In this document: positions 55,455 to 64,000 of the stretch, in pieces | Position numbering within the stretch: the first letter of the stretch is position 1 | How the letters are laid out: the number at the start of each line of letters is the position of its first letter | Source of the DNA: Candidatus Nanoarchaeia archaeon | GTDB lineage: Archaea > Nanobdellota > Nanobdellia > SCGC-AAA011-G17 > JAFCDX01 | Reading direction: 5' to 3' | Assembly: GCA_028716945.1 (NCBI GenBank) | Contig: JAQUOT010000001.1 | Span: 402,471-466,470, forward strand | DNA: 64,000 nucleotides | Notes under the pieces: model-generated | The model's input: the letters and a program-made list of their open reading frames with translations, nothing else | Told to the model about the DNA's origin: nothing | Database searches by the model: none | Translations under genes and position numbers: made by a program

Positions 55455-56818
55455 TAGAATTTTAATTTACCTTTGAATTGCTTCATCATTTTTTGCATGT
55501 CTTTTTCTGAAGCACCAGTTTTTCCTTTCATTAACTTCATCATTTTCTTAGATTGTTTGTATTGTTTTAATAATTCTCTTACTTCTCCTGTTGTACATCC
55601 AGAACCTTTTGCAATTCTTTCTATTCTTGAATTATCCAATATTTCTGGATCTTCAAGCTCTTCTTTAGTGCAGCTCTGCATAATATATTTCCATTTTTTT
55701 AATTTTTCTTCCTGATTTTTTATCATATCTGCAGGCAATTTTTCTTTTATTCCAGAAAATCCAGGAATCAGGTCCATTATCTTGCTTAAAGGACCCATTT
55801 TTGACATTGCACTCATTTGCTCATATAAATCAATGAAATTAAATTCTCCTTTTAACATTCTTTTTCCTAAATCTTCTGCTTGTTCTTTAGAAATTACTTC
55901 CTGAGTTTTTTGCAATAGTGCTTCTAAGTCTCCCATACCCAATAATCTAGAGACAAATCCTTTTGGATTGAACTCTTCAAGATCATCCATCTTTTCTCCA
56001 ACACCAATGAATTTTATTTTTGCTTTTGTTGCAGAACATGCTGTTAAAGAACCACCTGCTTTTGCAGTTCCATCCATTTTAGTTACAATTACTCCAGTAA
56101 CACTGCAAGCTTTATGGAATTCCTCTGCTTGTTTTTGTGCTGCTTGTCCTATATCTGCAGAAATAACCAATAAATTTTCATTAGGTTTTATTGTTTTGTT
56201 TAAATCATTCAATTCTTTTATTAAATCTTTGGATAATGCATCACGACCAGCAGTATCAATTAATAAAATATCATATTTTGAATATTCTTTTTCAAATTTT
56301 TTATAAATTTTTACAGGCTTTTTTTCTTTTTTCTCTGAGAAGCATTTTATATCTGCGGTTTTTGAAATTTGTTCTAGTTGATCTACTGCAGCAGGTCTAT
56401 GTACATCTAAAGCTAATGAAGCAACTTTAAATCCACGTTTAGAATAATATTTTGCAACCTTTCCAATTGTTGTAGTTTTACCAGAACCAAATAAACCAAC
56501 AAACATTATTTTGAAAGGTTTTGTTTTTCCTATTTTTATCTCTTGTTTTTCTTCACCTAAGAATTTAACTAACTCTTCATAAACAATTCTTACTAAATAT
56601 TCTTTTTGAGTTATACCTGCAGGAGGTTTTTCTTTTAAAGCACGTTCTTTTATATCTTTGGTTAAATTGAATACTAAAGAAACATTAACATCTGCATGTA
56701 ATAAACTTCTTTGCAAGTCTTTTATTAGCTCATCTATTAATTTTTCATCAACAAACATAGCTCTTGCTATCTTTTTTAAGGAATTCTTCAACGAACTTGA
56801 TAAATTTTCTAATACCAT
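55454..56818 (-). CDS. srp54: signal recognition particle protein SRP54
   Basis: NG domain GLFGSGKTTT, DTAGR; Met-rich M domain at the C-terminus; 454 aa. Confidence 0.9.
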   Translation of the reverse strand: MVLENLSSSLKNSLKKIARAMFVDEKLIDELIKDLQRSLLHADVNVSLVFNLTKDIKERALKEKPPAGITQKEYLVRIVYEELVKFLGEEKQEIKIGKTKPFKIMFVGLFGSGKTTTIGKVAKYYSKRGFKVASLALDVHRPAAVDQLEQISKTADIKCFSEKKEKKPVKIYKKFEKEYSKYDILLIDTAGRDALSKDLIKELNDLNKTIKPNENLLVISADIGQAAQKQAEEFHKACSVTGVIVTKMDGTAKAGGSLTACSATKAKIKFIGVGEKMDDLEEFNPKGFVSRLLGMGDLEALLQKTQEVISKEQAEDLGKRMLKGEFNFIDLYEQMSAMSKMGPLSKIMDLIPGFSGIKEKLPADMIKNQEEKLKKWKYIMQSCTKEELEDPEILDNSRIERIAKGSGCTTGEVRELLKQYKQSKKMMKLMKGKTGASEKDMQKMMKQFKGKLKF

Positions 56819-56891
56819 ATTATTCTATAGAAATAAGGGTTTATAAATATTATCTGAAAACCTTTATATATCCCCCTTTCTTATTATCGCT

Positions 56892-57581
56892 ATGAAGCGA
56901 GTTAAAAAGAGAACAAGGTTTTTTGTTATAAACTTTGATGTTTTAGACAAATCGGTAACAAAGTTATTTAAACCAATAAAAACTGCTGAAAATAAATATT
57001 TTAGAATTTTCAAAATTAAGCCAAAATCTTTTAATATAATATTAGTCTATTCCAGAAAAGAATTTGATAAATATGTAGGATTTAAGACTGAAAATTGGGT
57101 TGATGGATATGTTAAATTGGACAGTTTAATTATGTTTTCTCCTTCTGTTAAGGATAATTATTTGCAAAGAAATGTTCCTATGAGTTATAAATCTTTTTTT
57201 GACCACGAAATTAATCACTTCTTTTATATTTCTTTAGTTGGAAGTTATAGCCCTGTTTGGTTGGGGGAGGGTTATGCATGTTATATGTCAGATTCTATGC
57301 CTTCTCCATTAGAAAAAGATAGATTTAGACAAATCAAAAATCCACAAAAATTTTTATTTTATAAATATATAAAAAAGAGTTATTTTAGATATGCTAATGA
57401 ATTTTATTCAATAAGCTTTTATGTAGTAACATATCTGATTGAAAATTACGGTCATAACAAAATTTTAAAGTTGATAAAGAGGTTTGCTAAAAAACCTAAT
57501 AAAAATTCATTTGATAAAGAATTTAAACAAATATATGGTATAACAACTAAAGAAGCTGTTAAAAATTCAATTTCTAATTAA
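56892..57581 (+). CDS. putative zinc metallopeptidase (HExxH ... E)
   Basis: FFDHEINHFFY followed by WLGEGYACY; 229 aa. Confidence 0.35.
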   Translation: MKRVKKRTRFFVINFDVLDKSVTKLFKPIKTAENKYFRIFKIKPKSFNIILVYSRKEFDKYVGFKTENWVDGYVKLDSLIMFSPSVKDNYLQRNVPMSYKSFFDHEINHFFYISLVGSYSPVWLGEGYACYMSDSMPSPLEKDRFRQIKNPQKFLFYKYIKKSYFRYANEFYSISFYVVTYLIENYGHNKILKLIKRFAKKPNKNSFDKEFKQIYGITTKEAVKNSISN

Positions 57582-58102
57582 GCCCATTGACATTTATTAT
57601 CAAGGCATTTACAGGTTAAATCATAGGTTTTAGCTTCGTAACAAGGTTTGTATTCACAAGTAGTTGCTGTAGGAACTTCATTTGTTGATTGGCATATTTG
57701 ATTAGAACATCCAGAAGCAACACATTCGTTATCTGATTTACAAGTACTATTTTTAGAAGTTCCACAAAAAGTTTCTGAACAGGTTTCATTGCAGTTTATT
57801 ACAGAACCATCAGGACATTGTTGTTTACATACCTCTGGTTTAATATTGGGATATCCCGGACTACATTCTCCCCTATAATATTCCCATTCATCACATCTTG
57901 TTGAATCTTTAAAATTACAATATCCTTTTTGTCCTTGTTCGGTTTCTTCAATTGTTAAAGTTCCATTGTTTTGTTCACAATAAACAGAAGCAGGGTTTGC
58001 CATTTGTGTATTATCTTGTTCTTTAGCACATCCACTTATTAAAAATATACAAATTAAAATTCCTATAATATATTTTGTTTTCATTTTTGGGTTATTTCGC
58101 AT
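57578..58102 (-). CDS. Cys-rich lipoprotein with DUF333 (putative-hemolysin) domain
   Basis: Lipobox LISGCAK; NPASVYCEQNNGTL ... GYCNFKDSTRCDEWEYYRGEC matches the DUF333 pattern; Cys-rich C-terminus. Confidence 0.5.
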   Translation of the reverse strand: MRNNPKMKTKYIIGILICIFLISGCAKEQDNTQMANPASVYCEQNNGTLTIEETEQGQKGYCNFKDSTRCDEWEYYRGECSPGYPNIKPEVCKQQCPDGSVINCNETCSETFCGTSKNSTCKSDNECVASGCSNQICQSTNEVPTATTCEYKPCYEAKTYDLTCKCLDNKCQWA

Positions 58103-58398
58103 TTATTTGCTATACATTTTAATATATAATCTTTTGGATATTCACATGCTTGACATTCTATTCTACTGCAATCTTTTGTTAAAATAGTACTATAATCTTC
58201 AGTAAGATCAAAAACAATTAAATTACTGTTGGATTGCATTTCCTGTTTTGATACAACTTTAGGACAATTGCAGCATTCTTCTTTATTTATACTTAAAATA
58301 CAATCAGAATCTTGTGTACATTTAATATTTTCTGTAGTCTTATTACAAGCACTCATTAAAAATACACTCAATATTAAAATTATAATTATTTTTTTCAT
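58081..58398 (-). CDS. small Cys-rich secreted lipoprotein
   Basis: Lipobox LMSACNK; 10 Cys in 85 mature residues; co-transcribed with the downstream DUF333 gene. Confidence 0.4.
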   Translation of the reverse strand: MKKIIIILILSVFLMSACNKTTENIKCTQDSDCILSINKEECCNCPKVVSKQEMQSNSNLIVFDLTEDYSTILTKDCSRIECQACEYPKDYILKCIANKCEITQK

Positions 58399-58456
58399 AT
58401 TCCTTAAAATAAGAAGTAATATATAAATCTAATTAAAGCTTCAATTTGAATAGAAG

Positions 58457-59539
58457 TTATATTCCCAATTTATCTAAAATCTCTTTGGAATCAAATTTCT
58501 TTAAATCATCAAGTTCTTGACCCATTCCTAAGTATAAAATTGGTTTTTGTGTTACAAAAGATATAGAAATCATTGCTCCACCTTTTTCATCTACGTCTGC
58601 TTTTGTTAAAATAACTCCATCTAATCCAATAGATTCATCAAAATTCTTTGCTTGTTCTACACAATCATTTCCTACAATGCTTTCTGCAATTAAAATTTTC
58701 ATATCCGGTTTTGCAACTCTTATTATTTTCTCCATTTCTTGCATTAAATTTACATTTCCATGTTGTCTTCCTGCTGTATCAATTAAAACAACATCTATTC
58801 CTTTAGCTTCTGCATGTTTAATACCATCAAAAGCAACTGCTGCAGGATCAGAACCATAATTATTTGCAATAACATTTACTTTTAATTTTTCAGCCCAATT
58901 TTTTAATTGTTCTATAGAAGCAGCTCTCCAGGTATCTCCTGCTACTAAAACACAAGATAGATTATGTTTTTTTAGTAAATGAGCAACTTTAGCAATTGTA
59001 GTAGTTTTACCCGAGCCATTTACTCCTACAAATACTATAACAAAAGGTTTTTTTGTTTTAACTTTTTGAATTAAATCTATTTCAGGAACTTTAAATAAAT
59101 TTTCTATAGAATTTTTTAGACTCTCTCTAACTATCTTATCAATTTTTCCTCTTTCTATAGGTTGTTCAACTAAATCTTTTTTCAAATCGTGCTTTATTTT
59201 TTCTATGACTTCAACAGCAACATTATTTTCAAGCAATATCACTTCTAGCTCCCAGAATAGCTCTTCAAATTGTGCTTCATCAATGTGACTAGTAGTTACT
59301 TTTTCTTTTAATCTTGCAAAAAAGCCTTTTTTTTCTTTAACTTCTTCAATAGGCTCTTCAGTTTTAATTTCTTCTTTTATAATAGGTTTAGAAACTTCTT
59401 TTTTTTCTTTCTTTCTCTTTTCTTTTTTTGGTTTTTCTATAATTACTTCTTCTATGTCTTCTTTTTCTTCAACTTTTTTAAGCTTATCTGAGATAGATGA
59501 AATTGCTTTCTTTAACTTATCTTTAAATAGTCCAAACAT
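58457..59539 (-). CDS. ftsY: signal recognition particle receptor FtsY
   Basis: GVNGSGKTTT, DTAGR and GxxKADxD-equivalent LTKADVDEKGG; acidic/K-rich N-terminus; 360 aa. Confidence 0.9.
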   Translation of the reverse strand: MFGLFKDKLKKAISSISDKLKKVEEKEDIEEVIIEKPKKEKRKKEKKEVSKPIIKEEIKTEEPIEEVKEKKGFFARLKEKVTTSHIDEAQFEELFWELEVILLENNVAVEVIEKIKHDLKKDLVEQPIERGKIDKIVRESLKNSIENLFKVPEIDLIQKVKTKKPFVIVFVGVNGSGKTTTIAKVAHLLKKHNLSCVLVAGDTWRAASIEQLKNWAEKLKVNVIANNYGSDPAAVAFDGIKHAEAKGIDVVLIDTAGRQHGNVNLMQEMEKIIRVAKPDMKILIAESIVGNDCVEQAKNFDESIGLDGVILTKADVDEKGGAMISISFVTQKPILYLGMGQELDDLKKFDSKEILDKLGI

Positions 59540-59576
59540 ATTAACTCTTTAGAATTTAGATATATAAAGGTTTTCT

Positions 59577-60368
59577 TTAAACACTTTCCATTAGCTTTTG
59601 GGCGTCTTTTAAGTTGTTTTTCTTTAATAATTTATGAATTCTATTACAAATTTCTTCTGGGGTTTGTTCTACAATTACTGTTTTTTTAATTTTTGCTTTT
59701 AGCTTAAGTACTTCTTTATATTCTGGTTTTATGAATTCTGTTGAATGTTTTTCGAATAAATAATGTTTAACTTGCGCTTTGTTTGCTTCTTTACCTTCTG
59801 CTAATCTCAATTCATCTTTTAATCTCTGTAACTTATTAAATAAAAATATTTTTTTTCTGTGGAAAGAAACTTTTCTATATAAATCTTCTAGTTTGTTTAT
59901 TTCTGCTCTTGCTTTAGTAAAATCTTTTCTTTTTATTAATATATGAAAGTTAATATGTCTTGAATTAAATTGTAAATTTTCATGTAATTCATCACTTTTT
60001 TTCCTTAGATAATCTAATTGTTCTGTTGCAAAATCTATTAAATTTTGTTTATTTGGAATGTTTTCATTTATGTATTTTATAACCATTTCTATGTCTTCTA
60101 TTAATTCAGGAACTCTTGCTAATTTATTTTCTGAAACTAATATGTGTAATTCTTTTACTTTCATATAAAGAATTAGTTCTCTGTTGATATCTTCTAAAAT
60201 CTGTCGTAATTCATTTGTTTTTAAAGAAGCAGGTATAGCATCAAAAACTTCATTTGCTTTAGCATAGTAAAAAATAGCATCTTCATATCTGGCTTTGTCT
60301 ATTAATTTATCAATCTCTTTTGTTAATTCCCCAAACTTTTTTACTCTATTTTTTGACCTTGAGAACAT
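59577..60368 (-). CDS. coiled-coil hypothetical protein
   Basis: 263 aa, helical, K/E/L-rich. Confidence 0.4.
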   Translation of the reverse strand: MFSRSKNRVKKFGELTKEIDKLIDKARYEDAIFYYAKANEVFDAIPASLKTNELRQILEDINRELILYMKVKELHILVSENKLARVPELIEDIEMVIKYINENIPNKQNLIDFATEQLDYLRKKSDELHENLQFNSRHINFHILIKRKDFTKARAEINKLEDLYRKVSFHRKKIFLFNKLQRLKDELRLAEGKEANKAQVKHYLFEKHSTEFIKPEYKEVLKLKAKIKKTVIVEQTPEEICNRIHKLLKKNNLKDAQKLMESV

Positions 60369-60403
60369 ATATATTATAGAATAATCTTGGTTTATATAGC
60401 TTT

Positions 60404-61054
60404 TTATTTAATTTCGTATTCAAAATAATCATCCCAAGGATTTTCAAGTTTTATCATCTCTTTTACAGATAATTTTTCAAAATATCTTCTAAAAGGACGC
60501 ATAGAATTTCCGTGTGCAGAAATTGCAACATTCACTTTATTTTTTTTAATGAAAATAATTAAATCTTTTATAAAAGAATTTACTCTTTTTTCCACGTCTT
60601 TTATCGATTCTCCTTTTGGAGGTCTAATATCATAACTTCTATGATACTGATCAAACAATCCTTTTCCATATTTTTCTATAAAACTTTTATGACTAATTCC
60701 TTGTAAATTTCCATAAGATCTTTCCCTCATTCTATCATCTTGTATAACCAAGAAACATTCTTTATGAAATTTTAATACTTCTTTCAAAGTATCTTTAGAT
60801 CTAGATAAACTAGTACAAAAAGCAACATCTATTTCTTTATTTTTTAATTTATTTCCTACTTTTTTAGCTTCAAAAATTCCATTCTTAGTTAGTTTAGAAT
60901 CTTTCCAGCCAGTAAAAATCTTTTTTTCATTATAAACTGTTCTTCCGTGTCTGAAGATATAAATTTTACAATTTTTTTTAGGTTTGAATTTAGAATATCT
61001 TTCTTTATTATTATAAATAATCTTCTTAAAATTGTTAAGATACACCTCTTTCAT
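60404..61054 (-). CDS. histidine phosphatase family protein (phosphoglycerate-mutase-like)
   Basis: IYIFRHGRT is the RHG motif; a distal His sits in AISAHGNSMR. Confidence 0.65.
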   Translation of the reverse strand: MKEVYLNNFKKIIYNNKERYSKFKPKKNCKIYIFRHGRTVYNEKKIFTGWKDSKLTKNGIFEAKKVGNKLKNKEIDVAFCTSLSRSKDTLKEVLKFHKECFLVIQDDRMRERSYGNLQGISHKSFIEKYGKGLFDQYHRSYDIRPPKGESIKDVEKRVNSFIKDLIIFIKKNKVNVAISAHGNSMRPFRRYFEKLSVKEMIKLENPWDDYFEYEIK

Positions 61055-61087
61055 ATTTTTTAATAGATTTATACTAATTTAAACGTT

Positions 61088-61564
61088 TTGGTTGATTCTT
61101 TAGAAAGAGTTATATACCCCCCAATGTCGGAATTTTATATGGTATATGACTTTTTTAAACTAGTAAAAAAACAATTTCCAGGAGAGAAAGGCTATAAAAT
61201 TGCTTGTTATAAACATGAGAGATACAAGTATGAACAGATTACTCTTTCAAGAGAAGATAAACCTCTTAGACCTCTTAAAATAGAAGAACTTCAAGAAATA
61301 GCTGAACATTCTCTTGGAAACTTAGAAGAAATATTTATTGCATGTAATCCAAATAAATCTCTTAAGGGAGTAAACAAAAAAGATATAGTTATTCTTCCAG
61401 GCAGTCTTAAATTTGGACAAAATCATTTCTTCTCAATTAACCCTTCAGGAAATCCAGTTTTAATTAATTTGGGTGGAAACATTGCCATATCTGATTCTAA
61501 AACAGATAAATATATCAAATTTTTATATAATTATTATACTTGGTTATATCCTAATTTTAAATAA
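61088..61564 (+). CDS. hypothetical protein
   Basis: 158 aa; no motif. Confidence 0.4.
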   Translation: MVDSLERVIYPPMSEFYMVYDFFKLVKKQFPGEKGYKIACYKHERYKYEQITLSREDKPLRPLKIEELQEIAEHSLGNLEEIFIACNPNKSLKGVNKKDIVILPGSLKFGQNHFFSINPSGNPVLINLGGNIAISDSKTDKYIKFLYNYYTWLYPNFK

Positions 61565-61604
61565 ATTAAGGTAGTTTTATATATTTATTTTACTTATATA
61601 TATT

Positions 61605-62009
61605 ATGGGACAAAGAAGCGTTGCTATAATAATATTTTATGATTCTGAAAATAGAATTCTTATGCAAAGCAGAAAAAATATAAGTAAACATGGTGAAGAA
61701 TGGGGATTCTTTGGAGGAGGAATAGAACTAGGAGAAACCCCAGAACAAGCATTAAAACGAGAAATAAAAGAAGAATTAACTTATGATATAAAAGAATTTA
61801 AATTTTTTAAGAAATACGGACCAACGATATATGGAGATATGAAAATAACTTATTTTGTATTTTTATCAAAATTACCTTTAATTTCTAAATTTAAACAGGT
61901 CGAAGGGGATTCAATGAAGCTTTTTACAGTTAAAGAAACAAAAGAATTGAAGTTGGTTTCAGGGGATTACCCTATCTTGGACGATTTAGAAGAATTCTTT
62001 AAAAGATAA
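61605..62009 (+). CDS. NUDIX hydrolase
   Basis: Nudix box GGGIELGETPEQALKREIKEELT. Confidence 0.75.
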   Translation: MGQRSVAIIIFYDSENRILMQSRKNISKHGEEWGFFGGGIELGETPEQALKREIKEELTYDIKEFKFFKKYGPTIYGDMKITYFVFLSKLPLISKFKQVEGDSMKLFTVKETKELKLVSGDYPILDDLEEFFKR

Positions 62010-62063
62010 TATATCCATTAAAAAACATAAAACTATTTAAACAAATTTTTTATTAAAATAGAC

Positions 62064-62714
62064 ATGGAAAGTCTAGAAGAAGTAAAAGAATTGATTACCT
62101 ATGAATCTTTGTATGAAACTCTAAGAAAAGAGAAAATTAATCCAGAATTACAAGAATTAAACCCTATATTTTTCAAACAAGTTCAAATGTATGTAAAAGA
62201 TAAAGAAGCTATTTTAAAATCTCAGGAAGGAAAAGATAGTGTATTTTCTAGCGTAGAAGCTCAAAAAACAAGAAAACAGATTGAAAATTCTCAGAAGATA
62301 ATGATAGAATTATATGAAAGAAGAGAAAGCAAAATAATACAACTAGCAATGTTTCATTCAAGAACAAATTCACCAAATGAATTTAATAATATGTTGCCTG
62401 AAGAAATGGAATTATACAAAAGGGTATCTAATGAATTGAATGCTTTTAGAGGAAGCATTTTAAACACTTTATTAACCGGTAATTTGCCCAGTTTACCCCT
62501 ATCTACTGAAACAAAAGACTTAAAAATCCCTGAAAACCAAGAAAATACACAGAATACAAGCTTAAAACTGGTAAAGTTTTTAAATGCTGTTCCAAAATTC
62601 GTGGGTGATGACTTAAAGGTTTACGGACCTTTTGAGGAAGAGGATATGGCAAACTTACCAATAAAAGTAGCAAATGTATTACTAGAAAATCAAAGAGTTG
62701 AATTAATACAATGA
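62064..62714 (+). CDS. possible GINS-subunit-like helical protein
   Basis: An N-terminal alpha-helical block with R/E/K spacing (YESLYETLRKE ... ELYERRESKIIQLAM) resembles the GINS A-domain. This is weak. Confidence 0.3.
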   Translation: MESLEEVKELITYESLYETLRKEKINPELQELNPIFFKQVQMYVKDKEAILKSQEGKDSVFSSVEAQKTRKQIENSQKIMIELYERRESKIIQLAMFHSRTNSPNEFNNMLPEEMELYKRVSNELNAFRGSILNTLLTGNLPSLPLSTETKDLKIPENQENTQNTSLKLVKFLNAVPKFVGDDLKVYGPFEEEDMANLPIKVANVLLENQRVELIQ

Positions 62715-63022
62715 AATTTCCAAAAGCAATAAAAAGATATTGTCCAAAGTGTAATAAAACTACAAATCAAAAAGTATCTCAAGTTAAATCAGGAAAGAAA
62801 AGAAGCTCCTTAAAAAAAGGTTCCTTACAAAGAGGACATAAAAGAGGAAGAGGAAGAGGTTATGGTAATATGGGAAGGTGGGGTTCAAAACCAACCAAAG
62901 CAAAGAGAATGGGAGCAAAACAAGGAAAGAACGTTAATTTAAAATATCAATGCACTGTTTGCAATAAAAGTTCTGTTGCAACAATAGGGAGAGCAAAGAA
63001 ATTCGAATTAAAACAAGGTTAA
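62711..63022 (+). CDS. rpl44e: 50S ribosomal protein L44e
   Basis: MKFPKAIKRYCPKCNKTTNQ ... CTVCNKS zinc ribbon; basic; 103 aa. Confidence 0.85.
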   Translation: MKFPKAIKRYCPKCNKTTNQKVSQVKSGKKRSSLKKGSLQRGHKRGRGRGYGNMGRWGSKPTKAKRMGAKQGKNVNLKYQCTVCNKSSVATIGRAKKFELKQG

Positions 63023-63023
63023 A

Positions 63024-63263
63024 ATGACAGAACAAGAAATATATAATATGGGATGGGGTTTACCTAATGAATTTGCAAACTTATATTATGACTTTTTAAA
63101 AGAATATAATAAGGAAATGCAAAGACAAATGACTGAAAAAGCAATTAAAAAATTAGGAGGACTTGAAGTAAAACTTCCAAGTCAATCATCTAACCCTATA
63201 AATTTTAAACAACTAAAGTATATTGCTTTTCTTCCAAGAAGAAATTGTAATGGGCATTGTTAA
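63024..63263 (+). CDS. hypothetical small protein between rpl44e and rps27e
   Basis: 79 aa ORF overlapping the rps27e start by 14 nt; no motif. Confidence 0.3.
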   Translation: MTEQEIYNMGWGLPNEFANLYYDFLKEYNKEMQRQMTEKAIKKLGGLEVKLPSQSSNPINFKQLKYIAFLPRRNCNGHC

Positions 63264-63453
63264 AATGAGAAAACTAATAGAATCAGAATCAAAATTTGTA
63301 AAAGTTCGTTGTAATAAATGCAAGAACGAACAAATTATATTTGGGAAAACTGCAACAAGAATAGATTGCTTAGTTTGTAATACTCCTTTGGCAGAACCTA
63401 CTGGGGGTAAGAGTAAAATAAAAGCCAAGGTTCTGGAGATCTTAGGCAATTAA
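63250..63453 (+). CDS. rps27e: 30S ribosomal protein S27e
   Basis: FVKVRCNKCKNEQIIFGKTATRIDCLVCNTPLAEPTGGKSKI is a C4 zinc ribbon with the PTGGK motif. The internal ATG at 63250 was used. Confidence 0.8.
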   Translation: MGIVKMRKLIESESKFVKVRCNKCKNEQIIFGKTATRIDCLVCNTPLAEPTGGKSKIKAKVLEILGN

Positions 63454-63455
63454 AA

Positions 63456-64000
63456 TGTTTTATCATAAGAAAGGATTACCTGAATCAGGGGAAATAGTTC
63501 TTTGTACTGTTAAAAAAGTAGGATCTCATTCTGTTTTTGTAACCTTAGATGAATATCATGATAATCTTGAAGGATTGATTAATTTGCCAGAAATTGCTCC
63601 TGGAAGAATAAGAAATGTTAGAGATTATGTATCAGAAGGAAAAGTTGTTGTTTGTAAGGTTCTTGACGCAAGAGATAAATTCCATATTATATTATCTTTA
63701 AGAAGAGTTACTTTAAATGTTAAATTAAACAAACAATCCGATTATAAACAAGCAATAAAAGCAGAAAAAATGCTTGAGATTGTAGGTAAAGAATTTAAAT
63801 TAACAATAGAAGATATGTATAATAAATTTGGTTATAAAGCAATAGAACAATTTGGTTCTGTAAATTCATTTTTTCAAGAAGTTTTAACTAACAAAAAATT
63901 ATTAGATGATTTTAATTTAAATCCAGATTTAACTAAAAAATTATTTTCTCTAATTCAAGATAAATATACAATTCCTGAAGTAGAAGTAAAAGGAACCTTA
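63456..64000 (+). CDS. eif2a: translation initiation factor 2 alpha subunit (aIF2alpha); partial, runs off the window end
   Basis: MFYHKKGLPESGEIVLCTVKKVGSHSVFVTLDEY ... GLINLPEIAPGRIRNV S1 domain; the conserved L44e-S27e-aIF2alpha order. Confidence 0.85.

Noticed and set aside
1-64000. CRISPR arrays, rRNA genes, SRP RNA or RNase P RNA
   Set aside because: No regularly spaced direct repeats and no extended GC-rich structured-RNA islands were seen. The only GC-rich islands are the tRNAs, the tRNA-Arg intron junctions and the zinc-ribbon micro-gene.

Overview
This is an AT-rich archaeal chromosomal segment (roughly 30% GC, leaderless TATA-type promoters, archaeal histone). Compact, lysine/glutamate-rich proteins suggest a DPANN-like lineage, but that is inference only. 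Most of the window is core information-processing genes, including:
- five tRNA synthetases (GlyRS, LeuRS, AlaRS and archaeal-type ProRS are the secure calls), Orc1/Cdc6, FtsZ with SepF, SRP54 and FtsY;
- an SecE-Spt5-L11 operon;
- L1-P0-P1, L37ae-RpoP-prefoldin beta, L40e, L15e and L44e-S27e-aIF2alpha;
- aIF5A, TFE, Bud32, a histone, and diphthamide enzymes (Dph2-like, Dph6).

Five tRNA genes lie on the minus strand, and these carry the most notable signal.
- A tRNA-Arg(UCU) is interrupted in its D-loop by an intron of about 600 nt. The intron ends are perfectly complementary. It encodes an apparently frameshifted homing endonuclease with a LAGLIDADG-like motif. The same gene also has a canonical 15-nt anticodon-loop intron.
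- A tRNA-Pro(UGG) has a 27-nt intron at the same D-loop position.
- A paralogous tRNA-Pro-like gene sits directly upstream of proS and has an enlarged anticodon loop.
- A tRNA-Cys(GCA) carries a canonical 12-nt intron.

Accessory content includes:
- a membrane-anchored SLT-type lytic transglycosylase;
- a secreted transglutaminase-like protein;
- a PKD surface protein divergent from an archaeosortase-like gene;
- cysteine-rich DUF333 lipoproteins;
- a cupredoxin;
- a radical-SAM/SPASM enzyme;
- two S2P proteases;
- a three-gene ABC/FtsX module.

No CRISPR array, rRNA gene or recognisable defence island was seen.
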